A DNA stretch of 63,014 nucleotides, filler included, from Gonapodya sp. JEL0774 (GCA_027604505.1; 42 parts of 42 records of this genome joined end to end with filler, not necessarily neighbours in it), one strand, 5' to 3'. Shown: positions 12,106 through 28,582, counted from the whole stretch's first letter. Made by a program: numbers and translations. The notes: generated by a model not told the origin, from the sequence alone.

Positions 12106-13515
12106 GAAGAAGCGGTTCATTTTCCAAGATGACTCGAGTTGATCGGCCACACACTTACTTTCTTCCCCGCCACGTACCCTCCGGCAGCACCAAAGCTTTT
12201 GGTGAACGTTCCCATCATCAAATCCACATCCCTTGGATCCACACCTTTGAGATCGCAGATCCCTCTACCGTTTGGCCCAAGTGCTCCTATAGAATGAGCC
12301 TCGTCCACGTAAAGGAAGAACTTGTACTTCTTCTTCAAGGCAACAATGTCCTTGAGACGAGCCATGCTGCCTTCCATTGAGTAAAGTCCCTCAACGATGA
12401 GCAGAATCTTCTTCCACGGACGGTGAGTGCGTGGTTGACCGCGGGAGATGGCATCGCGGAGAACGAATTCCAGATCATCAATATCTAGAGTAGATGGGGG
12501 TGCGCACGATCAGTACCTCACTCGACAAATCCAATGGGCAAAGTTGAACTCACTGTTGTGCTTGTATACCCTGATCTGCGCACCAGACAACCGCGCTCCG
12601 AACACAATACTCGAGTGGTTCAGCTCATCTGACAAAATAAGACCACCCTTTCCAATAAGCGCAGGAATGGTCGTCGAGTTGGTTGCGAAGCCCATGTTGA
12701 CGCACAGCGCGGATTCAGTGCCAACAAAACGCGCCACTACAGATTCCAGTTCCGTATGGATGTCGAGAGTGCCTGAGTGAGCATGAAATATTGAAGTGAG
12801 AGAGCCGTCAGTCATCAGTCCGTCCAATGAGAGGACTTACCGCCTTCCATGCGAGGGGTAGCAACTCCGGTTCCGTATTTTTTGATGACCCCTTCCACAT
12901 CATCAGCGCAAGGACCCTGCGAGTCTGCAAACCCTAGGTAGTTATACGAGGAAAGATTGAGGCATTCACGGAGGGCACCGGTGAACCTTTGCAGACACAA
13001 AGAACAGGGGTCAAACAACGGCTCGCATGCACCCAATAGAACTACACAATGCGTTTACCTCCAAGCACTCTTGTGCCGGTCCAAAGGCTCCCGCTCAATG
13101 AGCTTCACTGTCCGGCCAGCAACACCGGTAATGGGGCGGTTGAAGATGTCGCGGATACGGGAATACAGTCGGCGGGTATAGAAGTTCTCAAAGTCAGCGT
13201 TAAGAGGTGCATAGCCCTGTGATACAACGCACGTGATTGTAGAGAGACCTCGCGAAAGATTCTGGTAATAAACTTACGTTCTGTTCCCGCAAATAGGAGT
13301 ACTCTCCCTGGCGAAAGATTTTGCCGAAGAAGTCCCGGACATGCCCAAAAGTAATGAGCACCAAATATCCAAAGTATGTCGTAAGTAGCGTGAACATCGG
13401 CGCCTCCTGATCGATTTGTTCCTCTTCTGACTCTGCTTCTTCCTCCGATTCAGATTCGTATTCCTCTTGGAGAGCAGGTTCATCGGATTGTGCCAGGAAC
13501 TGAGCCTTCTGGGCG
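12106..13515 (-). CDS. LCB2: Serine palmitoyltransferase subunit 2, partial, multi-exon
   Basis: [63 protein letters not shown] and the PLP-lysine motif [13 protein letters not shown]. Confidence 0.95.
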
Positions 13516-13690
13516 NNNNNNNNNNNNNNNNNNNNNNNNNNNNNNNNNNNNNNNNNNNNTTAATTAATTAANNNNNNNNNNNNNNNNNNNNNNNNNNNNN
13601 NNNNNNNNNNNNNNNCTTTCGAGTTTTATTGGCCACCCTGATCACAATGTAAAATATTTCAAATTTCGCCAGACACTTTCCGCTGGGGCA

Positions 13691-15025
13691 GTGCAGGGCC
13701 GCCATAATTCTGTTCAGATGCCCTCCACCCCACGTTTAAACGGCGCTCAACAAGTCTCTTCAGGGGCGCTCTCTGCCAGCGCATTGCAGAACTACCTTCG
13801 AAACGCGGCCCAGCTGCAGCAATCCCAGCAAAACAACCTGTCCGCAACCGCAAGCCCCCAAGCCCAACAAATGCCACAACCACTTTTCAACACTCCTCAA
13901 ACCGTGACAACCATGACGGGTAGCACCGCAGTAACGTTACCGAGTTCACAATTGACCGCCCAGCTCGCGGTTCTGTTCCAAGCCCACCCACAGTTACAAG
14001 CAGCGTACACGGAGGTCAATCGCGCTCAAATGGACCTCAGAAACAATCCAGGCGACGTATCCAAAATGGCGGAAGTCACACAAAAGAAAAAGTACTTCCA
14101 ATTGCTCCTCAATCAAGTGCGCAATAACCAACAACTGCTCCAGAACTTGGCCCATCAACCCCCCCAACCTGCCGGGGCTTATCAAGCTGCACAACATGTG
14201 CAGATGCCTCTCGTGCCGGGAGTTGGATCCGGAGCGACGCTCGCGAATCTGTTTGCTCACACAGTGCTGCCTGCAAGCCGTCGTACTTCAGCCGGCGCAG
14301 GAGGGCCTTACGGGATCACCGCTTCTTCCTCAACGAGCTCAACCACCACGCCTCGTCCTACTCCGTTTTCTGCCGGATCCCCACCCCCGTCTACCCCAAA
14401 TTCTGCGGGAGCTGGAACACCAGGGAGATATCCTTCCACCGGAACTCCTGGTGCCCCTGGCTCCGCTGCATCGAACACTCGCCTCTCTGGCGGTAGTACA
14501 GCAAGTCATTTGCCTCAGTCAATGATTCCACGGGGACAAGGCACAGTACCGAACACACCTCCCAAGGACTCGGCGACCAGTCTCTCGTCTGGGCGCCCAC
14601 CTTTCCCTTCACCAGCACCTCAGCTCTACCCGACGCTGTTAGGTACTGACTATGCAACTCACGGGCACATGGGTGGCCGTCATGGTCCGTTCATTCCACA
14701 GCCTCAAGCGGGTGGAAAAATAGGTGGGGAACAGGAAGAAGTGCCGCCGGTGATGGAGGGGGGTGTTGTTGCAGGAAGAAGGCGGATAGAAGAATTGGTG
14801 AAGAGTGTTGAAGGGGTGGAGGAGCTGGAGGGAGGAGCGGAGGAGGTGGGTGGCTTGAACACGTCTTCGCACCAGGTGTTCTCAATATCCTTAATTGCGA
14901 CTGTCTCGTTCGGTGTTGCTATTTGAACTTGCGAAACAGATTTTATTAGAGATCGCAGACGACTTTTTGACTCAACTGGCGGTGTTGTCTTCGCGGCTTG
15001 CGAAGCATAGGAACGGGGAGCAATT
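13691..15025 (+). CDS. TAF12: TFIID subunit 12-like histone-fold protein with a Gln/Pro/Ser-rich N-terminus, partial
   Basis: RRRIEELVKSV...EELEGGAEE|ILLEIADDFLTQLAVLSSRLAKHR is the TAF12 histone-fold signature. Confidence 0.82.
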
Positions 15026-15125
15026 NNNNNNNNNNNNNNNNNNNNNNNNNNNNNNNNNNNNNNNNNNNNTTAATTAATTAANNNNNNNNNNNNNNNNNNN
15101 NNNNNNNNNNNNNNNNNNNNNNNNN

Positions 15126-16048
15126 CTTGCTGACGCTGGAGACTTGTCCAAGATGATCAAACATTTCAAGTCCCAGAACCGATTGATTCCCGAAAGGACG
15201 GTATGGAAGTACTTTGTGCAAGTGGCCGCTGGACTCGCACATATGCATGAAAGGCGGATTATGCATAGAGGTGAGCTGGATTGATGCTTTGCTGACAGCG
15301 CGGTGTTTTGAGTGATTCTGACTTGTGATATGTAGATATCAAACCCGCCAACGTGTTCATCACTGCACAGGGAGTTGCAAAGCTTGGAGATCTTGGTCTT
15401 GGTCGATCTTTTAGCGCTGAAACTATGAACGCTAACTCGCTTGGTACGTCTGCGCGATGGCAAGATCGCTGAGCTGCTGTTCTCTTGACGTTCATGCAAA
15501 AATCTGGATCCTCCTCCAATAATCCCGTATAGTCGGAACTCCCTATTACATGTCACCCGAACGCATGGAAGAGAAACCATACTCATTCAAATCCGATATT
15601 TGGTCGCTCGGATGTCTCCTCTACGAGATGGGTGCACTCCACTCGCCATTTTACGGAGACAAGATGACTTTGTACTCGTTGTGCCGCAAAATTGAGGTTT
15701 GCGATTACCCGGAGCTCCCTGCTGAGATTTATTCGCAAGAGGTAAGCGAATGTGCCATATGGTGGTTCCGCAACCTGCTCACTGACTCCAACGCGGGCTA
15801 TCCACCAGCTTCGCTCCTTGATCGCTTCCATGATCCAAGTTGACCCCAACTCCCGTCCGGACGCCGAGTTCATTTACCAGTATGCGAAGCGTATGTACGA
15901 GCGCTTTGCGTCCCATCGCCCGTCGAGTGCACCCAAGGAAGAGGCGGAGGGCAAGTTCAGGCCCGGAAGCGCGAGCGTGCATGCGGCAATGGTCGGCGGG
16001 GAGAGTCCGGAAGGGACGAGAGCGAGGCATCCGGAGAGTGCGCAGTGA
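15126..16048 (+). CDS. NEK7: NIMA-related kinase of the NEK6/NEK7 type, 3' part, multi-exon
   Basis: [101 protein letters not shown], and a short C-tail. Confidence 0.88.
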
Positions 16049-16635
16049 ACCTTCTGCGAACACGATACCCAAAACGAAATGGATCTTATGGAACATCACG
16101 AACAATAGGCGTGAACGTGTGACAGGGAGAGATGGATGGGCCGGCGCTTCTGCGAGGACAGGGAGAGATGGACGCTTAAGTCACACGTGGGAGAGATTGA
16201 TCGGACAGTTGTCGGAACGGCGTTTTTGGATACACCGGGAGAGATGGCGGGCGGCGGACGGCATGAGCAATTGGGGCCACGCGATATCCAGCACCACACG
16301 GAGGACTCAAATTTACAACACACTACCCTACCTTATTCCTGAAATTTTTCGGTCTTGCTGTGAGCTCAGTGATTTTAACGTATGTGTTAGTAAATGTTGC
16401 GTTTTACAGTATGTGCTTCCATACAAGAGAGATGCGTACTTATCAATACAGTAAAAGGTGTAAAAGGAACTGTATACCTGAGATCTCTACGTGATTCACT
16501 GTTCACCTTCCGCTGGCCCTTTCTTCTCGATTCCCNNNNNNNNNNNNNNNNNNNNNNNNNNNNNNNNNNNNNNNNNNNNTTAATTAATTAANNNNNNNNN
16601 NNNNNNNNNNNNNNNNNNNNNNNNNNNNNNNNNNN

Positions 16636-17443
16636 CAAATTGGGCTCCCAATTCTATCAATGCGTGAGTGCTTTTTCATTCTATGCCTCGAGGCGCCTTG
16701 CGACTAATCTGGTGATCGAAGGTCGCTTTTGAAGGTTACGAACTCTTTCTATCCGGCATTCATCTGCGACGACAAAGGCAGGCCGTACCTCAACGCAACG
16801 TTTCTGGACATCGTGAAGAAGTCCGTCATTTCCTCGAGTAATCCCTGCTGTCTCCAACTGGAGGTAACACCGGCACTATTAGCAACGTCGCACTTCATGG
16901 TGAGTTTTGGTCACCTGCAATGTTGAGATGCAAACTGCTCCTGATGACCTTCATGACAGATTGAACGTGTCATAAAGTGTCAGGTTAACGATTTGAAGAA
17001 GGATGATGGAAGGACTGTGCTACTTGGCCGCTGGCAGTTGGTAGGTTCAATCCAATTAAAGCATTTGATTCCACATCTCCTCCAAGTGGGAGCAACAGAT
17101 GAGCTTACGGTAACCCCCACTTTGCGTTTTTAAGTACCACGACAACGCGAAGAACAACCTTCTCACCAAGCCAAACTACATGAAGCGGCTTCAAACCACA
17201 ATACTCGGGGCTCGTGGTGGACGCCCAAACGACAACAAAGTAGCGGAGGACGTGGCCAAGACGAACGAACAGCTCCTTCGAGAGGCTCGGGAGTCGGCAG
17301 AGAAGTGGGGCGACTTGGAGCCGGAGTCGGAAATGGAGGCGACAGAGCCGGAGTCAGAGGACTTGGATGATGAAATGAGTCTCATGGAAGCGGACACCCT
17401 GGTTTTGGACCACGAGGTATTGGATGTGGACGAGTCGGTCTAA
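16636..17443 (+). CDS. 3' exons of a hypothetical protein with an acidic C-terminus
   Basis: Several GT..AG-bounded open segments; the last exon ends ...EPESEDLDDEMSLMEADTLVLDHEVLDVDESV*. No family recognised. Confidence 0.45.
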
Positions 17444-18142
17444 AGGACAGGAGAAGGGCCAGAAGGAAGAAGGGGAACAGGAATGGATATGGACAGCAGA
17501 ACTACAGTGTACGTTATTAATACAGATTTCAGTTGCAGTACCCAGTGCGGGGGGACGGGAAGGAGAATCGGGGGTGGTCCAATACTAATCCTACAGCACA
17601 CCAAAATAAATCCTGATGCACTCCGGATATAATCCAGATGTGCTCCATAGGTGCGGCGGACTGGCACAGTCGCTGAGTGCTCCGGTCGCTTCGGCCGCTC
17701 TGGAGCGGGCTGGATTGTGGCCGGAGCGGGTTTCTGATTTCCAGACGGTGGGTGCTTCGGTCATAAAATGTTACTCATCCCCAGCTGGCGGTGATCCTGC
17801 CATTTAATCCTCCATATCGAGAGCAGACTTATGTAGCGCCGTCTCTTCATATGACATTTTCCCTTGCGAGTGGTCACGTATCCGGTCTCGAGACTGACAG
17901 GGAGGGGATTCCAGAAACCATCATAATTCGTATGATTCATCGTACCGAATTCCAAAGCGACTACACTAGTACCACTGCTTGAGTACCATGTTTGCAATGA
18001 GAGGTGAGATTAGTTGTTTGAGATGAATATATTTGCCGGCGGNNNNNNNNNNNNNNNNNNNNNNNNNNNNNNNNNNNNNNNNNNNNTTAATTAATTAANN
18101 NNNNNNNNNNNNNNNNNNNNNNNNNNNNNNNNNNNNNNNNNN

Positions 18143-19549
<1,407 letters not shown>

Positions 19550-19649
19550 NNNNNNNNNNNNNNNNNNNNNNNNNNNNNNNNNNNNNNNNNNNNTTAATTA
19601 ATTAANNNNNNNNNNNNNNNNNNNNNNNNNNNNNNNNNNNNNNNNNNNN

Positions 19650-21014
19650 GGGTCGTCCCTCTCGCCTATTCTCTTCAACTTCTTTATCAACGACCTCGCC
19701 CTCGCACTTGAGTCAGTCAAGTCTACCACCGGTGTGCCGCTGGCAGGCATGACCATCAACGCACTTCTTTTTGCAGACGACACCGCACTCATTGCCCCCA
19801 CTGCCGAGGCCCTCGCACGTCTCCTGGGGATATGCGAGCAGTGGAGTACGGAGGCGGGTATGACGTTCTCACCACCAAAATGCTTCCTCTTCGCACCCCC
19901 TCCAGCATTCCGCTCAACACCTCTTCAACTCTATGGCGTCGACCTACCATCAACCGAATCCCACCCTTACCTCGGGTTCCCCTTCACTCGCCTCGGCATC
20001 AACTGGGCCAAGCTCTGCGAGGAGCGGTGCGAGAAAGCCAAGCGCGTCATCAAGATGTTTGCAACAGTCGGCATGAATGTCACCGGATGGGCACCGCGTT
20101 CGTCAGCTCACGTCTACACGGCATTCATACGGCCCGTCATGGAATTTGGAATCGAGCTCAAGTACCCGTCGCGTGCCCTCCTTGCCGAATACCAGAAGGT
20201 CCAGAACACAGCTCTACGCACCATCTTCAACGTCCCGCCAAACACCTCCATCGACGCAATGCACCGAGTGCTGGGGATCCAGAAGTTTGACAAACGCGCG
20301 CAGGAGCTGAACCTCCTCTCTGCAGGCCGCTTCCACAATTCAGCTGATGGGACAGTCATAGGCAACCACGTATGGCGTCGCCGCATGGAACTCCACCGCG
20401 CAGCGCCTCGATCCACTCTACCTCGCAATACAATGTATGGCGACAACCCCTTGCCAACCGAACTCCAAGACCGCTTTATAGAACATCGTACTACACCCCT
20501 CCGTCGGTCAGTCCCACCACCTCGCGCACCCTCCCCAATCGCAACTCGCTCAGAACGTGTGGAGTGGAGGGAACCACAGCTGATGGCGCTTGCAGAGGAT
20601 TCACCGGAAGGAGGGGTGGCAGGGGCAATTCAGGTGCGTGCGCGTGCACGTCCCCATGCATATCTGGATGCGCGCTCGCGCATATCGCGCGTGCAGCGTG
20701 TTGCCATCTCTCGCTGGCAACTAGGACTTGTCGCACAACACCAGGAGTGCCGCAAGTGCGGGGAGGTCTTGGATCGGGAACATGCTATGCGCTGCACTCA
20801 GCAGTGGGACTGGGTGGAGGAGTGGGTTCGATGGAAATGGTCTGGACCTTTTCACGGGCGCACACCTTTGGACTGGATGCTGAATTGCATGCGGGATAAG
20901 ATGGAAGTGTGGTGGGCACAGATGGCGGTTGGTGTCATTGCACGTATGGAACTCTGGTGTCGCGAGAGGGAGATGACTGACCAGGGCTTCTTCAAGCCCT
21001 TCGCTGGGGATTGA
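19650..21014 (+). mobile_element. Non-LTR retrotransposon (LINE) ORF2 3' part: reverse transcriptase and C-terminal Cys/His knuckle
   Basis: GSSLSPILFNFFINDL, LLFADD, KC, YLG, YTAFIRPVMEFG, and C-terminal CRKC-x6-H-x3-C. Open and intronless to the stop at 21014. Confidence 0.92.
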
Positions 21015-21155
21015 TAAGGGACACTTGTAGTATTAGTACGGTGGTCTGGGCAATTNNNNNNNNNNNNNNNNNNNNNNNNNNNNNNNNNNNNNNNNNNNNT
21101 TAATTAATTAANNNNNNNNNNNNNNNNNNNNNNNNNNNNNNNNNNNNNNNNNNNN

Positions 21156-22561
21156 CCTTTCTTCACACTGGTGCCCATAGACACCTTCGGGGATCTTCGG
21201 CGGGTCGTCGAACCCACCCCAAACAGACCAACGGAGGATGTTGAGGAGAGAGAAGAGCTTCCAGCGAGGCCGGTGGAATTGGATGTGGAGCGAGACTTCC
21301 AACCGATTCTGATCTGGCTCGTATAGGAGGAGGGATGAGGTGGCTTGTCGCGGTAAATGCCCACCGCAAGTTCTCGCGCCTTCACGTCAGATCCATATTC
21401 GAGGGATGGGTGCGAGCCAGGGTGGTTCGAAAATGCACGCTTCGTTGATGCAAGTGGTAAGGGTTCTGCTGGAGGGGGGACAATTGAGGGAAGATGCGTG
21501 ATTTGAGAGGATCCGTCTTCCGGTGGAGTCTTCCGACGCTTCGTTCCCTTCACTGCTCCTGTCTCCAAGTCCAGTTCAGGTTCCAAGAAATGAACGTGAG
21601 CAATGTGTGGTTGGTGTGTGGTATGATGTGCGGGATGATGAAGTGTCGAGCTGTTCGTGTCTGCAAGATTTCCGGCCTCCGTAATCTTGACATCCGGAGA
21701 CACTGAGCTCTCCGATGGAAGATTCGTTCCCTTCCCTCCACTTTCGATCGCCGGCAAAAGATTGTGCCGGCTAAGAACTTGAGCAGCCACCAAAGAAGAT
21801 GGGGTGTGAGAAGCAACTGCCATAGTATTGCCAGAGGAATCAGTTGTTTCGATGTCAGCACGCCGACGCTTCCCCGAAGTAGATGCACCAGGGCCGACCA
21901 TTGGTGCACTAAGATCAATCGAGAGTGCGTCTGCAACAACAGACGCGGCAGCCAGAGAACGTGGCTTCGTTTGAGATTCCGTGGCGCCCCCGAAAGAAAT
22001 TTCATTCTCAATGACAACGTCCTTGACCAGTATTCCCGCCACACACGTTGGTTGAACTTGTCCACTACCGTTACTTGCAGTACTTTCCGTTTTCCGCGAC
22101 CCCTTAGCGAGAGAGCTAGGGTGCGCCCCAAGGTGCTGCCTCGATCCGACATCCATCTTCGACTTTGAGCGAGAATTAGAGACGCCGAGAGGATTCGCGC
22201 GATAAAATTCTAGCACTGGAGTGGGAAGTTCTGATGTATCCACGTCAGCGAAGTAGCTGTGACGAAGGGCGTCCCTGGCAGACATGCTTATGAAGTCGTT
22301 GGGGGCAGGTGTTCAACGAAATGAGTACAGCACAATAAAGCACACCGCGTCTCTTATGACCCACCGCTCCTCTGGATCGTACTTCAACAAACGCGCCATC
22401 AAATCCACGCATTCTTCACTCGCATGCGGCACCAACCTGCCAATCCCTGTCCCTTCCCTCTTCCCAAAGTCCACTTTCCCTCTGCCCGCACCCCCTTTGC
22501 CCTGTCCAATAAGTTTCTTCACCAGTCGCGGCTCGGGTGTTCCCAGAACGTTGTGTATCCT
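21156..22561 (-). CDS. MOK: MOK/MAK-type CMGC kinase, end of the kinase domain plus a long disordered tail
   Basis: IHNVLGTP...DFGKREGTGIGRLVPHASEECVDLMARLLKYDPEER|MSARDALRHSYF. The pattern IH.vlGTP..F..k.GtGI..L..YDP.ER is MOK-like. Confidence 0.68.
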
Positions 22562-22661
22562 NNNNNNNNNNNNNNNNNNNNNNNNNNNNNNNNNNNNNNN
22601 NNNNNTTAATTAATTAANNNNNNNNNNNNNNNNNNNNNNNNNNNNNNNNNNNNNNNNNNNN

Positions 22662-24038
22662 GATGTCGACAGAGCGGGCGAACGTGGTGGGTGGTATCGA
22701 GCGTGGGGTGGTGAGGGAAGGTTTGAGGGAGAGGGACTGGATGGACCCAAAAGGAGGGATATTAGCTTCCGAGTTTAGGGATATCGTTGAAGTCTAGGCT
22801 CTCAGCCATGCGGTACGATAAGCATGACTACTACTCACCACATCCTTCACTATTGCGTCCACTTCCTCTGTATCCTCGTCGCGGTGGCTAGCAGTCTCAG
22901 TCAATGCCATCTCGCCTGGGTCTTGTACTTTGTGGTCGGTTTCATTTGTAACCTCCTCATCATCTATTCCCTCAAAAATGTCGAATCCAGCACCAATAAT
23001 AGTGGAGGCCATGGTTCTGGGGGTCGTCGAGGTCCGAGCTATGTAAGATGTTCGAAATGAGATTCTAGACCTTGGTTACGCCTTGAGATGAATACAAACT
23101 CACCAACACCTCTAACTTCTCCGAAAATCATTCCTCTGCCAAGACCCGGTGCTACTTCTCGAAGGTTTCCTTTCCAAGGGTCACCCCCAGAATCGTCAAA
23201 GTCTTCGTCTTCATCCCCCACCAGGGCGACGGTCTCCAGTCCTCCTGGAGCAAAAGGTACATTAGCTGAGCTTCCTCGCACAAATGCAGAAGGTGCAGCA
23301 GGTGGACGGTGGAGTGAAGAGGAAGTCTTTGCTGTAATCACAGCTGTGGGATGGAGAACCTCTTGGAAGGACGAGAGATCAACCTCTCCCGTTCTTGGAT
23401 CACGGCCGAGCTCAATTGACGCGCAAGGGGGAAACTTTTCTGTTGAGAAGCAGGATGCATAATCTGGTTCACGGTCAATTATTCTGATTTGACGGTGGAT
23501 TGAGATTTGCACAGCGGATCGTTACTAAAGGGTCAAGGCAGATAAACGATAACAAGAAGCACCTTTGAGCTCTGTCGAGAAACCATGGAGGAAAAGTTCT
23601 TGATGGTGTCAAGTGCCTTTCAACCAAACCCGCAATTGGATCATCGGAGGAGAAGGGGCCGAGGCCCAATGGGAGCTGGAACGAACCAAATGACGGAAAT
23701 CACAAAATAGTACAGGAAAACGTAACGGCGAGGCTCATCCGGCAACTCACGTCGGTTGTATCCCCCAACAATTCGTCAACGTCATTATGGCCACCTGCCT
23801 CACTTTCCACGGAAGGATCCCTTGCTGGAACAACGCGAACACGACCAGCGATGCCCGATGCAAAGAATGAGAATGGGATTCGCCGAGACGGGTCCAGAGC
23901 TTATGTAATAGAAAATTGTCGCATCATGATTCTCCTTCAGATTCGCTGGTAGGACCCAAAGACGATGGCGTACGCTGCTGCTCTTCCTGCTCCGCAGACT
24001 CTAATGTTGCTAAAACAGTTTCAATGTCGATGGCCATG
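22662..24038 (-). CDS. SKI2: Ski2 RNA helicase, N-terminal region, multi-exon
   Basis: RDPRTGEV..FQEV....TAKTSSSLHRPPA..SAFVRGSSANVPFAPGGL is the Ski2_N signature. Likely ATG at 24038 (MAIDIETVL). Confidence 0.85.
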
Positions 24039-24167
24039 GAGATTGTCGAGAATCTTCTAGACAACCGNNNNNNNNNNNNNNNNNNNNNNNNNNNNNNNNN
24101 NNNNNNNNNNNTTAATTAATTAANNNNNNNNNNNNNNNNNNNNNNNNNNNNNNNNNNNNNNNNNNNN

Positions 24168-25518
24168 TGACTCCAAATTGACTGAAGGCAAGTTCTGAAC
24201 TTAATGGATTTAATTGCAACAATGTGTTTTACAGACTAACTAGTAATTTTTTCTAAGGTGTTCGAAAGTCTCCACGCCTCAACAAGCACAAAAAATGGAT
24301 TACTGAGATTGGAAACTCTGCTGTTACCACTGAGAAAATCAAGGAACTGCAAGTGAAAATGGAGTTTGCTGCGTGAGTTGTCCTCTTGAAAGGGTCTCTC
24401 TCTGTGTATATATACTGTTTGGGTAATCTGTGTTTGCTTGGGACTTTTAGCATAGCAGCTTTCAGAGACTATATAAGGATGTCCTGGGATGCCAAGGGTC
24501 CAACCTACCTGCCTTACATGAACACACCTGCATTACGTACTGAGGCACAAGAACTGGTTTCAGAATATGCCAAGGCACACAGCGTCCCATCGTTGCACTG
24601 GAACAAAGGTATGGAGGTCCCAAAAGATAGTGTTTAGAGTGACACCTAACCACATGGCATCTTGACTGCAACCATATAGATACCATGTGGCCAATATACA
24701 TTGATATTGCTAGGGAGTACAGGAGGAATAAGCTGAATGGCACTCAAGTCTTGGTGAGTGCATTCATGAATCAAATCCTTTTGGAAATTTGACCTGTGTT
24801 GGTTTCAATGATTACCAGGGGCGTCCATATGCAATGGACATTGGGACTAATCATCTCTCATCAAGGGTTGCAACTGGAGGTCGATCTGGTGGTGGTGATG
24901 TGAGATACATACTTGCTGCAATAATGCTTACTACTGAAATCCTCCATTCTTCCTGGGAACTCAGATATCAAATGTTGGAAAGTTGAACCTTCTCCATATT
25001 GCGGGAGCAGGTTATGAACAGCTGGATTATCTTCACAGTGTGCCAGTTGTTCTGAAATTGCTTGGAGTTAACCAGATTGGAAGTGTCCATCTCAGTAATC
25101 TTCAAGCCCTTGGTAAGGTTCTGGCCTTGAAAATGCGGATGTCTACCAAGGCAGAGTACATAGTGGCAATTGCAAGTACTCTTGTTGGTTGTGGTTACAT
25201 GCAGCAGAAGGACACTGGCACTGAAGATGGTGAAGCAGATCCAGCAATAAGGACCATTACAACTACTGAGGTATGAGTGAAGACCAGTCCAAATGTGCAT
25301 GTTTTGATTGTATTATGCTCTCAATTTTACTGCCACAGATACTCAAACCTACACAGTGTCAGTCCATTGTTGAGCAGATGAGAACCCTCAAGGTGGAAAT
25401 GAAAGACAAGCAGGAGAAGAAGTCAGCAGAGAAAAAACGGAAGGCAGCACAGGGTGCAGCTCTCGAGGAGGGTCGGCCTAGCAGGATTCACAAGAAGGTA
25501 AAGGTGTCAGTTGTGTGA
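24168..25518 (+). CDS. Multi-exon orphan gene in CpG-depleted DNA (possibly repeat-associated or decaying)
   Basis: A chain of GT..AG-bounded open segments ending KKSAEKKRKAAQG...KKVKVSVV*. No family recognised. Confidence 0.4.
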
Positions 25519-25672
25519 TTCATCTCAGGAGTTGCATGCAGGTGAGTCAAACTGCTACCATTGATATCTGATNNNNNNNNNNNNNNNNNNNNNNNNNNNN
25601 NNNNNNNNNNNNNNNNTTAATTAATTAANNNNNNNNNNNNNNNNNNNNNNNNNNNNNNNNNNNNNNNNNNNN

Positions 25673-25910
25673 CAAACAGAAGGTCTCGTTGCACAGGATG
25701 GAGTCCAGCGCATGGCCAAAGCTCTGAATAGATCCCAGACTTGGCGAGTCCAAGAACAGTTTCACAATCAGCGAGTGTTTCCGGTACCACAACAATGCCG
25801 CGAATGTCAGCCAGTCGCGATCGGTGAAGAGCGGATTCGAGATCATTGTGAGGGAAGTTGGGAGGATACAGATGCGCATGAACGTCAATGAGGGGTTGAC
25901 CGGGTATCAT
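25673..25910 (-). CDS. TatD family DNase (TATDN3-like), N-terminus
   Basis: LIDVHAHL (DxHxH metal motif), VVVPET, CAGLHPVQ. Confidence 0.85.
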
Positions 25911-26438
25911 CGTTATGAAGTCGCACTATGAAAGAGTCCGGCATCGTGAACACCGGCGCCAGGAATTCCGCTCATCTTCCACAGACATTCAAGAATGCTC
26001 AGGCAATAACAATGAATTCCATTCTACACGATAATAACGCTGGAGGGGTATACAGCTGCAGCGATCGGAGACAACTAGTAAGTACTATCATACGCAATCT
26101 CATTGCTCGAGCCATGATAAGACAGTCAAATCAGTGCCGTGTCATTAGTGAAGACCGGTCAAAGTACGTGAAAGGGACAAAGCCTGTGGAATTCGTGCGA
26201 AGGTTCTTGGCGTAGCACCACCCATCGGGGAAGACTCGTGATACATATGCTGTGGATGTAATCACATTGAGATATCATTGGAGAATCACAATTGATTGCC
26301 AGCGTTCAGTTCCTACCTTCATCTCCCTGGACAAGCGCCATTTCGTCCTGATTCGATGGATCGTGGTCGGCCCTTTTGGAAGAAAACGCCCAAGCGGATT
26401 GAGAGTCCAGAGAGGCAATATTATTTCGTAAGTCACAC

Positions 26439-27077
26439 TCACGTGGCTCTCAAAGTCGAGTTTATGGCCACACCATCCTCAGACTTGGGATCTCCACCTA
26501 GAGCGACATACGCGGGGCTAATCGCGGACATGGAACTGCTGCCAACGGACATAAGAGATCCCGTATCAACCATGATACGAGATCGGAATTCCATCGATGG
26601 CGTCCCAGGACTATTTTGCGAAATCGCTTCCATGAACGCTCGGGGTGGAAGCATCCGATCCTGAGCCATGTTGGAGGGGTTCGGTCGTGGTGAAAACGCG
26701 CTCTCTTGAGGCCGAGCAGTGAGGCCCACATTTTCGCCTGGTCTTGGTGCACCGTAAGCGGTCGGGCGAGGATCTCCGCTGTTGGCTTGGGGCCTCACAC
26801 CACCTCGGCTTGGCGGTCGCGATGGCACCGCGTTGAACTCTTGGGGTCTTGTGTCGGTGCCAGACCGACGGATATTTGGATTAGATACATCGTGGAGAGG
26901 GTATGGTGCAGAGCTAAAATTGAAGGAGAATCATCCGGCAAAGGTTGATAATTCAGAACAATGATTGTGTGCAAAGTCAATCCTTTCAGACAATTGCAGT
27001 GCGATACTCACACATCCGCGCTGCTTCGAGCCCCGGTGGCGTATCCGACCGTCTGGTTCAGCAGGGGCGCTTGGGAG
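26439..27077 (-). CDS. Exons of a Pro/Ser/Arg-rich hypothetical protein
   Basis: Open exon from about 26915 to 26442 bounded by TTTTAG and GTGAGT. No family recognised. Confidence 0.4.
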
Positions 27078-27177
27078 NNNNNNNNNNNNNNNNNNNNNNN
27101 NNNNNNNNNNNNNNNNNNNNNTTAATTAATTAANNNNNNNNNNNNNNNNNNNNNNNNNNNNNNNNNNNNNNNNNNNN

Positions 27178-28582
<1,405 letters not shown>

